64,000 nucleotides of DNA. It comes from Planctomycetota bacterium. Lineage in GTDB: Bacteria; Planctomycetota; UBA11346. The stretch is taken from positions 41,932-105,931 of the forward strand of contig JBBQSO010000007.1 of the NCBI GenBank assembly GCA_038213805.1. Reading direction: 5' to 3'. Each line of letters opens with the position of its first letter. Position 1 is the stretch's first letter. A model generated the notes under the pieces. The model saw nothing but the letters and a program-made list of their open reading frames with translations, had not been told where the DNA came from and did no database searches. Shown in pieces: positions 55,099-64,000 of this stretch. The translations under genes were made by a program, and so were the position numbers.

Positions 55099-56520
55099 TT
55101 ACTCCTTCATAGGCCGGTGTACGCGCACTGCCTTTACCGCCTTACCCAGGTCGCTGTCCGCAGTCAGCACCAGGGTGTGGTGCTCGTTGGGCAGGCCCAA
55201 CGCCAGGGTCATAAAAGTTTCCTGGTGAGCGGGGCCGGCCTTTATTTCGACATGGTCGGCATACATCGGAAGCACCTTCCATTCGACCGCGGTGCCAATG
55301 GTCAATTTCCTGGGGGTCCACCCTTTAAACCATGAATCCGGCTTGATGACAATACGACCTGACTTCGAAGTGAATGCGGCGCCACTATTACCCTCCCCAT
55401 CAGCCCCAGTTACCGATCCCTTGAGCGAGTAGCCCCAGCTTGCGCCATCATCGGCGACCGAGGTGATCGTCAGCGTCCAATTCTCAACCAACAGCGGCGC
55501 GTTATGGTCGATATGGATCAACGACACCGGCGACACCGGCGGCGCCGGCGATGGCAGGGTGATGACGTAGCAGCCGGGGTATTCCGATGGCTTCTTGCCA
55601 TCGATGGTCACGGTACCTGTGATCGGCTTGACCACCTCGCCAATCAGCAGTTCGAAACCGTTGCCGTCTGCGGTCACGGTCATCTGCTTGCCTGCGACCT
55701 GCGGCTCAAGGTCACGCGCCAGGTCCCGCCACGCCTGGTCTGACAGATCGGGTCGGTGGACGAGGTACTGCGAGATGATGCTGGCCATCACGAAGCCGCC
55801 ATGGTCGTTGGGATGGATATCGTCGCTGAGCAGCGCTTTGGGCTCGAGCATGTTGGCGGTTAGGTACTGCCGCCATGGCGTTCGCACATCGGCGACGCCA
55901 CAGCCATACTTCTTGGCGATATCGGGGATGAAGACCTGATTCATCATGTAATCCCACCACATTTCGTGGTCAGTCGTCTGCAGCGCGCTGGCCGCGTCCC
56001 AGTCCTTGACCACCGGCGGCATTTTGGAACCGATGTGATCCTTCTGCAGCAGCATCTCGGCCGAAGTGCGGGTCCGGATGGAGCGGATGATGTCCTCGTA
56101 GGTGTTGTTAGCGCCGTAGACGTGGAAAATCACCAGGTCGGGCCGGTAAGTGAACACGTCGTGCTCGGTGGTCTTGACCAGCAACTGCGATGCGAAGCCG
56201 CCAATCGCCTTGTTGACCACATCGAGGTCGGCGTTTGGGAAACGCTTCTTGAGATCCTCGGCGACCAGACCGGTCCAGGGCTGACCGGTGATCGACTGAC
56301 CATAGAACAGGATGCGCACCCGCTTGCGATGCTCAGGCGTACTGGTCGCGAGCAGCGTCATCGTGCGCTGGATACCCACCCCGAGATTGGCCTGGTCAGC
56401 GACCGGTGGAACGGCTTGGTAGTCTGCCCCGGTGGCTCCGAGCAAGAGACCCGTGAACCAGATACTGCATGCACGCAGCGCGATGGAGGTGGGGAACCAT
56501 GGGAATTGATTAAGTGACAT
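55099..56520 (-). CDS. SGNH/GDSL-family hydrolase (possible carbohydrate esterase)
   Basis: ILFYGQSIT block I; NKAIGGFAS block II; DDIHPN catalytic DxxH. Confidence 0.75.
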   Translation of the reverse strand: MSLNQFPWFPTSIALRACSIWFTGLLLGATGADYQAVPPVADQANLGVGIQRTMTLLATSTPEHRKRVRILFYGQSITGQPWTGLVAEDLKKRFPNADLDVVNKAIGGFASQLLVKTTEHDVFTYRPDLVIFHVYGANNTYEDIIRSIRTRTSAEMLLQKDHIGSKMPPVVKDWDAASALQTTDHEMWWDYMMNQVFIPDIAKKYGCGVADVRTPWRQYLTANMLEPKALLSDDIHPNDHGGFVMASIISQYLVHRPDLSDQAWRDLARDLEPQVAGKQMTVTADGNGFELLIGEVVKPITGTVTIDGKKPSEYPGCYVITLPSPAPPVSPVSLIHIDHNAPLLVENWTLTITSVADDGASWGYSLKGSVTGADGEGNSGAAFTSKSGRIVIKPDSWFKGWTPRKLTIGTAVEWKVLPMYADHVEIKAGPAHQETFMTLALGLPNEHHTLVLTADSDLGKAVKAVRVHRPMKE

Positions 56521-57122
56521 GTGAGCGGTGTTCTGTTTTCTACATACAATGTGGCAGGCGGTGCTAGATGACTTGCTTAGAGCGTGCGGTCGAGCGAACG
56601 ATCTCCGATACCAGCGGAGGGTAGTGAATTGGAGAGCCGCGCACGAGTCACGCAGACGCTTCGCCGAAGGTATTGCTCCGCGGGCTTACGGTCATGCACA
56701 CCCCTCCATTCATCCCGCTCCACTCTTCGGATAGGATTTACGAACCCACCTGCTCCGGATGACGTTGACGACGGTAACCGACAGGGCACCGGCGATGACT
56801 TCTCGTTCAAGCTAATCGTCAGTGATTTTACGATCGTCGTGCGCGCTGGCAATCGCCGATTTTCTAGCGGTACGCGTGCGCTCTCGGTTAATTGCAATTA
56901 CAGGCGCATACAAGCCGTGCGCGTGATGTGACAACGGTTGGCGCGTCATTTCGCAGGCGTCTCATTTTGCGATTCTCTTGGTGTGAGACACTCATGGCGA
57001 TCGCCTGACGGCGCCGCGACTCTGATATTTAGGCGTTAATCGGACTTCCCATTGATGGACAAACGATTTCACACGCGAGACAAGCCGCACTGAATTAACA
57101 TCATTTCCGAGCGACTGAGTAC

Positions 57123-57185
57123 CCACGTTTTTGCACGTGTCATACCCCGGCAGGGTTGCCAAGCTTCTGATCCAATCGATGAGAC
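57123..57185 (+). promoter_or_regulatory. Conserved upstream element, copy C
   Basis: CCACGTTTttgcACGTGTCATAC matches copy A at 19 of 23 positions; the 3' half (TTCTGATCCAATCGATGAGAC) resembles copy B more loosely. Confidence 0.5.
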
Positions 57186-57377
57186 CGCTGCCGGCTACGC
57201 AATTAAAGAATCCACGCCTGACGCACCAACCTGTTTCCCGTCACATCGACGGTAGCGGACGTCACGGTGGCGCGAGACCGCACAAAAACCCGCAGCGGGC
57301 CACGATTTTTTCGTGGCGCCCGAATCAGAAATGACATGGCACTTGTCCCGGCGGACGTCTGCCTACCCTCACGCGTC

Positions 57378-58475
57378 ATGCATACCCTTCGCACCGCGTG
57401 CCTCACGCTCGTGGCATTCTTCTCCCTCCCTGCGGCCTGGGCGGCAGAAAAGCATCTCCTCTACGTCAGTTCTCCTGACGGCGCGCAGGAGGAGGGACAT
57501 TCAGGCACCGGTATCCTGATATTCGACCTTGATAACGGGCACAAGTTTGTTCGCCGCATCGAAGTGCCAATGTTCAAAGAAGGCATTCGTGGCTTCACTG
57601 CCAATGCGAAGACGCACTGTGCCTACTACTCGACGACCACGCGCGGGCTCGGCTGCATCGACCTCGAGACGGAACGGGTGCTGTGGGAGCAACACCTGCC
57701 GCTGGGTTGCGATCGCACCTGCATCACTCCCGATGGCGCCAAGCTCTACGTGCCGACGGGCTGGTGGTACGTGGGCCAGGATGCAGGCTTCCTGGTGGTG
57801 GATCCGAAAACCGGACTGCTGATGAAGCAGCTGCCGATTGGAAAAATGGCGCACAACAGCATCGCCAGCCTGGATGGGCAGTTCGCTTTTATCGGGACAG
57901 AAACGACGCTGACCATGTTGCGCACGAGCGATGATTCCGTCATACGCCAGATTCAACCGGTAGGTGAGTCGGGCGTATTCCCATTCACCGTCGATAGTCG
58001 GAACCGCTTTGCCTTCGTCTGCCTTGGACAGCACGTTGGCTTCGATGTCGTGAATCTGCAAACGGGCGAGGTGCCGCATCGCGTCTTCGCGGGCTCCGAG
58101 CCCATCGCGCACCGCACGCACGGAGCCGCGCTGACGCCGGACGAAACTGAACTCTGGATCAGCGATCAAGATGGAAAAAAGCTCTTTGTTTTCGATGCCA
58201 CGCAAATGCCGCCAAAACCAAAGGCCGAGGTTCCGCTCAGCATGGGTGGGCACGGTTGGGTGTCATTCAGTCTCGACGGACGCTTCGCGTGGACACACAC
58301 GCCTGACGTGATCGATGCGCACACAAAACAGGTGGTCGCGACCCTTAAGGATGAAGCGGGACATCTGGTCGCCAGTTCCAAATTCATCGAGATCGTATTC
58401 GACGGCGATAAGGTCACACGCGTCGGATGCGAGTTTGGAGTCGGGCGCGCGGCGCAAGGGCAGAACAAGCCTTGA
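57378..58475 (+). CDS. Secreted YncE/YVTN-like beta-propeller protein
   Basis: Signal peptide; blades ITPDGAKLYV, SLDGQFAFI, HGAALTPDETELWISD, FSLDGRFAW. Confidence 0.75.
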   Translation: MHTLRTACLTLVAFFSLPAAWAAEKHLLYVSSPDGAQEEGHSGTGILIFDLDNGHKFVRRIEVPMFKEGIRGFTANAKTHCAYYSTTTRGLGCIDLETERVLWEQHLPLGCDRTCITPDGAKLYVPTGWWYVGQDAGFLVVDPKTGLLMKQLPIGKMAHNSIASLDGQFAFIGTETTLTMLRTSDDSVIRQIQPVGESGVFPFTVDSRNRFAFVCLGQHVGFDVVNLQTGEVPHRVFAGSEPIAHRTHGAALTPDETELWISDQDGKKLFVFDATQMPPKPKAEVPLSMGGHGWVSFSLDGRFAWTHTPDVIDAHTKQVVATLKDEAGHLVASSKFIEIVFDGDKVTRVGCEFGVGRAAQGQNKP

Positions 58476-58871
58476 GTAGGACGCAGAACCAGCGTCCGAC
58501 TCATAGCAGGACTTCACGTCACGGCCTGCTGACGACGACCTGCGTCGGTCGCCGACGGATGCCCGACCAACGGAACACGGCAAGACTCATTCGAACACCC
58601 TGCTGACGGCGGCCGTCGTCGGCACACTCGCGCCCGCAGCGCAAACATCTGTCCCGTTTCGGCGCTGAAGCGGGAGTCGAACACTCCGACATCGAGATGC
58701 AGGACTGCAAGCGCCTCAATTTCTGGAAGGGCAAAAGCGGCTGCGTGGTTGCCGGTGCCAAGGGCTGCGCCGGCAAGAACGTATTCGCTCAGCCAAACCG
58801 TGCGGAACCCGAACCGGCTGGCGGCGGCTCGACGAGCCCACGCGCGAATGCAGCCTTACCCCACCGAACCA

Positions 58872-59891
58872 CTACAGCAGTGGCCGCGCCTGCGCATCGC
58901 TAGCCACATACCGCGTCCCGCGCTTACGCCCTTCGATGCGCGCGTGTCCCGCGATGACCAGGCGCTGCAACAGCTGGCGGACGGCCCCGGCATCGAGACC
59001 GGTAGCCACGCGCGCCGCGGCATTGTCCAACGACCCGTGCGCGCCCAGTTGCGCAAGCAGCGTGCGGATTGGATCGCGAGGCTTGGCGCGGACACCGGGT
59101 TGCGCTGAGGTCTGCCTCGAGGCACTGGCCTTGGTACGCGTTGCCCGGACAGGCGCCGCAACCTTCCCAGGCGCTGGTGCCGGCTGGCCGGCGTCCATCT
59201 CCAGGCCGAAGAGCGCGCCGACATCGTCCGTCGCCAGGGTGCGTTCAGAACGGGCGTCAGCGGCGGCCAGGCCAGCCCCAGCCTTGGCCAGCAGGGCACT
59301 GGCGTCGACCTGACGCAGGGTGAACAGCAGCTCTGGCTGGTGGTCGAAGCGCGCGCCGACGCCGTAAAGCACGGCGGCGACATGCTTGCACATGGAGGCC
59401 CCATCCGGACACGAGCAGCCGAAACGGAGCTCCTTGCGCACCGGGAACAGCCCGTCGCCCTGGCGGCACAGGCGCTGCATCACGTTCGCCGCGAAGCGGC
59501 CCTGCAACAGTTCGACCAGTGAATCGATGCCCCCAGCGCAATCAGCGCACAACGTCTTCCAGGCGGCTGCGGCGAGCGGCTTCACGGTGATCGTGGTGCG
59601 GTACATCGATGATCCGGAAACCCGCGCCTGGACCTTGCCCGGCGCGATCTGCAGGTCGACCACCGAGCCGTTGCGGACATAGGTACGCCCCCGCGGCAGG
59701 CGGTTGGAGCAGTCGCCGTACCCTTCCATGGTGGTGCACCACGCCTTGCCCCACGCCGTGGTGGCGATGGTGCGCCCCGTGATCCGGATTGGCGAGATCG
59801 TCTGGCCCTGCTTGGCCAGACGGGCCATCTCGGCAGCCGCCAGACGACGGCGCTCGGCGACCGGAACGTAGGGTGCCCATTGGTAGAACAT
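58872..59891 (-). CDS. SWIM zinc-finger protein with C-terminal winged-helix-like extension
   Basis: NRLPRGRTYVRNGSV; CSCPDGASMCKHVAAVLY SWIM motif; tail LLQRLVIAGHARIEGRKRGTRY. Confidence 0.88.
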   Translation of the reverse strand: MFYQWAPYVPVAERRRLAAAEMARLAKQGQTISPIRITGRTIATTAWGKAWCTTMEGYGDCSNRLPRGRTYVRNGSVVDLQIAPGKVQARVSGSSMYRTTITVKPLAAAAWKTLCADCAGGIDSLVELLQGRFAANVMQRLCRQGDGLFPVRKELRFGCSCPDGASMCKHVAAVLYGVGARFDHQPELLFTLRQVDASALLAKAGAGLAAADARSERTLATDDVGALFGLEMDAGQPAPAPGKVAAPVRATRTKASASRQTSAQPGVRAKPRDPIRTLLAQLGAHGSLDNAAARVATGLDAGAVRQLLQRLVIAGHARIEGRKRGTRYVASDAQARPLL

Positions 59892-59892
59892 G

Positions 59893-62589
59893 TCAGCCTT
59901 CCGTGACGGCGGAGTTCATATCGAGGGAGACCATGCGCAAGAGTTCAGCATCGCTCATCTCGGTGAGCCTGACCTCACCGCCACCGCCATCGAGCAGGTC
60001 GGCGGCGAGTTGACGCTTCTGCGCGATCATCGTGTCGATCTTCTCCTCGACTGTACCACGGCAGACGAACTTGTGGACCATGACGTTGCGCTGCTGACCT
60101 ATGCGGAAGGCGCGATCGGTGGCCTGATTCTCGACCGCCGGATTCCACCAGCGGTCGAAGTGGACGACATGCGAGGCCGCCGTGAGGTTGAGACCTGAGC
60201 CGCCAGCCTTCAGCGACAGCACGAAGAACGGCACCGACTCGTCCTCCTGAAAGCGGCGGACCAGCTCTTGGCGATCCTTCACTGCCGTCGCGCCAGTCAG
60301 CACGCAGCCTTCGCGGCCGAAGATGGAGCCGAGAAAAGCCACTAGCGGCGCGGTGGTCTCGCTGAACTGCGAGAACACCAACAGCTTCTCCTGCCTGGCG
60401 GCGATGGCCTCGGCCAGCTCCCGCAGTCGCGCCAGCTTGCCGCTGTCGGCCTCGGCCCACTCGCCGTCGCCCAGCCACTGCGAGGGATGGTTGCAGATCT
60501 GTTTGAAGCGCATGAGGAATGCCAGGACCAGACCTTTGCGCGCCATACCTTTTTTTCCTTCTTCAAGCGCTTTGGCGAGCTCCCCCACCGCTTGGCCATA
60601 GAGCGCCGCTTGGCGCTTCGACAGGCTGCAGAATGCGTTCAGCTCGGTCTTGTCGGGCAGATCGCTGATCACCGTCTTGTCGGTTTTGAGCCGGCGCAGG
60701 ATGTAGGGCTGCACCAGCCGGCGCAGCGGCGCATAGCCCTGCGGCGACGAATCCATGCGTTTGACGAAGGTGGCGAAGGGCTTGGCGCCGCCGAGCAGTC
60801 CTGGGTTCACGAAGTCGAAGATCGACCATAGGTCGCCAAGGCGGTTCTCGACCGGCGTGCCGGTCAGGGCGAGGCGCGCATCTGCCTGCAGCGTCTTGAC
60901 AACCCTGGTCTGCCGCGTGCCGGGATTCTTGATCGCCTGCGCCTCATCGATCACCGCCAGGCGCCACGCCGTCTGCGCCAACCAGGGGACCCGGTGCAGG
61001 GTGCCGTAGCTGGTGATCACCAAATCGCAGGCCGCAACGCGCTCGGGTGGCAGCTCGGCCAGCTCACGCAACGGCATCTCCGACGGGTGCGCAATCAGGA
61101 TGCGCAAGGTGGGCGCGAAGCGTTCGGCCTCCTGCGCCCAGTTGGCGAGCAGCGAGGCTGGCGCCACCAGCAGGCTCGGCGCTGCGCCTTCGGCACGTTT
61201 GCGCACCAGCAGCAGGGCGAGCACCTGAATGGTCTTGCCAAGACCCATGTCGTCGGCGAGGCAGGCGCCCAAACGCAGACGCGAGAGCAGGTGGAGCCAG
61301 CGCACGCCCACCTGCTGATACGGGCGCAGGGTGGCGTGCAGATCCGCACCGGGCTCGCACGCTGCCAAAGCCTGCGGATTGCGCAATCCAGCCAAGGTCT
61401 CAGCCAGCCACGGACCGGCGACCACCTGCACCCATTCCGGCGCGACGGCGACCTGTGCGGCCGCGTCCGCCGCGCCGGCCCCGGCGAGCAGACGCATGGC
61501 CTGATGGAAACCAAGGCCGTGTTCCGCCGCTGTCCGCTCGACCTGGCGGAAGTGCTCCAAGGTGCGCTGCAGACGTTCGGGATCGATCTCGACCCAGCGC
61601 CCGCGCAGGTACACCAGCCCGCGGCTGCCGGTGAGCAGGGCCTTGATCTCGGCGGCGCTGAGCATCTCGCCGTCCATCGCGATGGTCACCGCAAAGTCGA
61701 GCAGCTGATCCTGCCCGACCAGCGACGGCGTGCGCGCACCCACGGTGGCGCTGACCGTCGCCCGCGATGGCCGGTTGGCCCGCCACTGCGCTGGCATGCG
61801 CACCACCACGCCGGCCTGCTCCAGCCGCTGTGAGTCGTGGAGGAATGTCAGCGCCTCGCCAGCGGTCCAACGCAGCGGCTGGAAGATCTCACGTGTGTCG
61901 ATCAACCCCTTCAGCCACGCGCAGTGTTCGGCAGCGCGTTGCAGCGGCGCCAGCAAGGCGAACAGACGCTCCTTGTCGGCCGCCGCCGCGTACTCGCGCA
62001 GCGCATCGCCCAAAGGCCGGTGCTGCACCTTCCCCTGCACCGACAACCGGGTCGCGTAGGTGACCAGGAAGGCGAAGGGGAACTGCTCGTCCTTGCGGTT
62101 CTCGGCTAGGTGGACGTGGACGCGCCCGACCAGATTCCACGCTGGATTGCGCGCCTTCAGAAAAGCGCCCAGCGGCATTCCCGAGGCTTTCAGCCCACCG
62201 TGCAGCGCCTGGTCCAGCTCCTGCCACAGCCGCTCCAGCACCTCCACCGACAGGTATTCCGCCCCGACCATCGGCGGCACCGACCACGCCAGGGACTGCA
62301 AATCGCCGGCATCCGGTGCCGGCACCCGACCCGGCAGGTGCTCAGCCATCTCGGGCAGCGTGCACAGTGCGGTCAGATAGCGCACCGCCAGGTCGCGCCA
62401 CCACGCCAGCACCGGCGGCAAGGCCACGCCGACTTGCTCCGCGCCCAGGTCCAGCATCACCTGGCCGGAACCGCCGACGCTGCCCTGCACCAGACGCGTG
62501 GCCAGTTCGGATGGCAGTGGTAGGGCGTCATCCGACGCGATCACCGTCAGGTGGCCATGAGGAGTAAGGGCGAGGGTGCTAGCGGTCAT
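59893..62589 (-). CDS. SNF2-family helicase-like ATPase
   Basis: LRPYQ, LADDMGLGKT, DEAQAIKN, LTGTPVEN, KQICNHP, SLKAGGSGLNLT, HFDRWWNPAVENQATDRAFRIGQ. Confidence 0.95.
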   Translation of the reverse strand: MTASTLALTPHGHLTVIASDDALPLPSELATRLVQGSVGGSGQVMLDLGAEQVGVALPPVLAWWRDLAVRYLTALCTLPEMAEHLPGRVPAPDAGDLQSLAWSVPPMVGAEYLSVEVLERLWQELDQALHGGLKASGMPLGAFLKARNPAWNLVGRVHVHLAENRKDEQFPFAFLVTYATRLSVQGKVQHRPLGDALREYAAAADKERLFALLAPLQRAAEHCAWLKGLIDTREIFQPLRWTAGEALTFLHDSQRLEQAGVVVRMPAQWRANRPSRATVSATVGARTPSLVGQDQLLDFAVTIAMDGEMLSAAEIKALLTGSRGLVYLRGRWVEIDPERLQRTLEHFRQVERTAAEHGLGFHQAMRLLAGAGAADAAAQVAVAPEWVQVVAGPWLAETLAGLRNPQALAACEPGADLHATLRPYQQVGVRWLHLLSRLRLGACLADDMGLGKTIQVLALLLVRKRAEGAAPSLLVAPASLLANWAQEAERFAPTLRILIAHPSEMPLRELAELPPERVAACDLVITSYGTLHRVPWLAQTAWRLAVIDEAQAIKNPGTRQTRVVKTLQADARLALTGTPVENRLGDLWSIFDFVNPGLLGGAKPFATFVKRMDSSPQGYAPLRRLVQPYILRRLKTDKTVISDLPDKTELNAFCSLSKRQAALYGQAVGELAKALEEGKKGMARKGLVLAFLMRFKQICNHPSQWLGDGEWAEADSGKLARLRELAEAIAARQEKLLVFSQFSETTAPLVAFLGSIFGREGCVLTGATAVKDRQELVRRFQEDESVPFFVLSLKAGGSGLNLTAASHVVHFDRWWNPAVENQATDRAFRIGQQRNVMVHKFVCRGTVEEKIDTMIAQKRQLAADLLDGGGGEVRLTEMSDAELLRMVSLDMNSAVTEG

Positions 62590-62710
62590 CGGGATGCCTG
62601 GGCTTCATCAATGCCGAGCCGCAGGACTGGCCGGGCCCGTGCTGGGACCACACGCCGTGCTCGCGGTACGGGACCGGCGCTGTCCGCGCACGGAACTGCG
62701 TGATCCCTAT

Positions 62711-62751
62711 AAAAAAATAAACCCCGTAAGCCTTACGACTTACGGGGTTTA
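62711..62751 (-). terminator. Rho-independent terminator after tRNA-Asn
   Basis: 13-bp stem TAAACCCCGTAAG / CTTACGGGGTTTA with 8-nt loop, followed on the minus strand by T7. Confidence 0.8.
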
Positions 62752-62754
62752 CCT

Positions 62755-62829
62755 TGGCTCCCCGGGGAGGATTCGAACCTCCGACCAATTGATTAACAGT
62801 CAACTGCTCTACCGCTGAGCTACCGAGGA
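62755..62829 (-). tRNA. tRNA-Asn (GTT)
   Basis: Minus strand TCCTCGGTAGCTCAGCGGTAGAGCAGTTGACTGTTAATCAATTGGTCGGAGGTTCGAATCCTCCCCGGGGAGCCA: D-arm, GTT anticodon, TTCGAA T-loop, encoded CCA. Confidence 0.97.
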
Positions 62830-62877
62830 ATGCGGCTTATCGTGAGGCGCGAAAGGGTAGGTTCGCAGAGCACTTCG

Positions 62878-63120
62878 TCAACAGGATACCTCCCAGGGAT
62901 CGAGAGCAGTTGGTTTGGGCTTTTGGCCAGGTTCAGCGACGGCGAATGACGTGGCGCCCGTATCAAGCATGGCGGATAAATAGGGCCGGCAGGATCCACA
63001 GCCGAGTCCGCAATTGGTCTCTAGGCTGATCTCGCCCACGGTGTTCCAGTTATTGGCGGCACACAGGGCTTTGAGTTCAGCAAATGTGCGGTGGTAACAG
63101 ACACAACGGGTGACGCTCAT
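62878..63120 (-). CDS. BFD-like [2Fe-2S]-binding protein
   Basis: CVC...CGLGCGSCRP pattern in 80 aa; start overlaps the cysM stop. Confidence 0.8.
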   Translation of the reverse strand: MSVTRCVCYHRTFAELKALCAANNWNTVGEISLETNCGLGCGSCRPYLSAMLDTGATSFAVAEPGQKPKPTALDPWEVSC

Positions 63121-64000
63121 GAGTTACGAGGAGCCTGTTTGCGAAAGAGATCTGACGACAGGTAGCGATCACCACGATCGCAGTTGATGAAGACGATCAC
63201 TCCGTGCGTCAACTCTTTCGCTAGTTCGCAGGCAGCCCAGCACGCACCGCCTGAACTCGGGCCGGTGAATAATCCCACCTCGGTGGCTAGTCGACGAGCC
63301 ATCTTTTCGGCGTCGGCCTGGGCGATGTCGATGGTGCGATCGACGCGCTTCGCTTCAAAAATAGTGGGCAGGTATTCAGGTGACCAACGACGGATACCGG
63401 GGATTTGACTGCCAGCGGTCGGTTGGCAGCCGACAATCGTCACCGTATTTGAGCGTTCTTTCAGATACCGACTGGTTCCCATGATCGTGCCGGTGGTACC
63501 CATCGCAGACACAAAATGGGTCACCAGGCCATTGGTATCTCGCCAGATCTCTGGCCCGGTGGTTTCGTAATGCGCACGCGGATTGTCAGGGTTGTCAAAT
63601 TGATTGAGCATCAGATACGCATCTGGTTGGCCGGCAGTCTTGGCGACCTGTGCGGCGGCCCAATCGCGAGCGACTTCCATATTGCCGTCAATGAGATGCA
63701 CGGTGGCACCAAACGCCTCCATCGTTTGCGTGCGTTCGACCGTCAGTGTATCGGGCATGACCAGGTGCATCTCAAATCCAACGGCGCGTGCGATCATCGC
63801 CAAGGCGATCCCAGTGTTGCCACTGGTGGCCTCGATCAGTCGCATGCCGGGCTTTAATGTTCCGCGCTCTAATGCACCGAGGATCATGCCGCGTGCGGCG
63901 CGATCTTTTACTGAGCTGGCGGGGTTATTCCCCTCGCATTTAGCAAATATCTGCACCCCGGATTTACCGACCAGCGATGAGACATCGAGCAGCGGGGTGT
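63117..64000 (-). CDS. cysM: Cysteine synthase B, 5' end outside window
   Basis: TPLL...KCEGNNPASSVKDR (PLP Lys); EATSGNTG; SAMGTTGT; IPGIRRW (CysM-type); DRGDRYLSS. Confidence 0.9.
   Translation of the reverse strand, partial: TPLLDVSSLVGKSGVQIFAKCEGNNPASSVKDRAARGMILGALERGTLKPGMRLIEATSGNTGIALAMIARAVGFEMHLVMPDTLTVERTQTMEAFGATVHLIDGNMEVARDWAAAQVAKTAGQPDAYLMLNQFDNPDNPRAHYETTGPEIWRDTNGLVTHFVSAMGTTGTIMGTSRYLKERSNTVTIVGCQPTAGSQIPGIRRWSPEYLPTIFEAKRVDRTIDIAQADAEKMARRLATEVGLFTGPSSGGACWAACELAKELTHGVIVFINCDRGDRYLSSDLFRKQAPRNS

Noticed and set aside
58519..58903. Cys-containing short ORFs on both strands (CLRCGREC; MQDCKRLNFW...)
   Set aside because: No RBS or consistent codon bias and conflicting frames; cannot choose a real gene.
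62579..62818. ORFs overlapping the tRNA
   Set aside because: Spurious translations of tRNA-Asn and its terminator.
1..64000. CRISPR array, transposase, integrase or prophage genes
   Set aside because: No regularly spaced repeats and no recombinase, transposase or phage structural motifs seen. The 18-bp palindromes are dispersed and promoter-linked, not an array.

Overview
GC-rich bacterial DNA whose gene content (DUF1552/DUF1592 cytochrome pair, DUF6797-type protein, prepilin-like cassette, LRR protein) points to a Planctomycetota/PVC organism (inference). Left to right: end of a PfkB kinase and a DxD-motif gene; a Cys-rich leader ORF plus a CusCBA-type copper/silver efflux operon (1.2-8.1 kb); a ~50 kb mosaic glycan-utilisation region (8.7-58.5 kb); a SWIM/SNF2 pair; tRNA-Asn; then an abrupt drop to ~55% GC with a BFD-like ferredoxin and cysM. 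The glycan region holds two LacI regulators, a GH31, a GH2-like and a clan GH-A enzyme, two inverted near-identical GH95-like paralogues, beta-helix/PA14 proteins, an AroE-like dehydrogenase and a sugar-binding lipoprotein. Four signals read directly from the DNA stand out. (1) Seven intergenic copies of an 18-bp palindrome, TGCTATACCGGTATAGCA, define a probable LacI-type regulon. (2) That regulon appears to include a three-gene cassette of very large pilin-like proteins, in a locus with no TonB/SusC transporter. (3) Three secreted glycan-active proteins share a C-terminal Gly/Ser-linker-CG[LS]G-TM-basic tail resembling a Cys-containing CTERM sorting signal. (4) A second ~65-bp conserved upstream element occurs three times. 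All family calls are by motif recognition; no searches were run.
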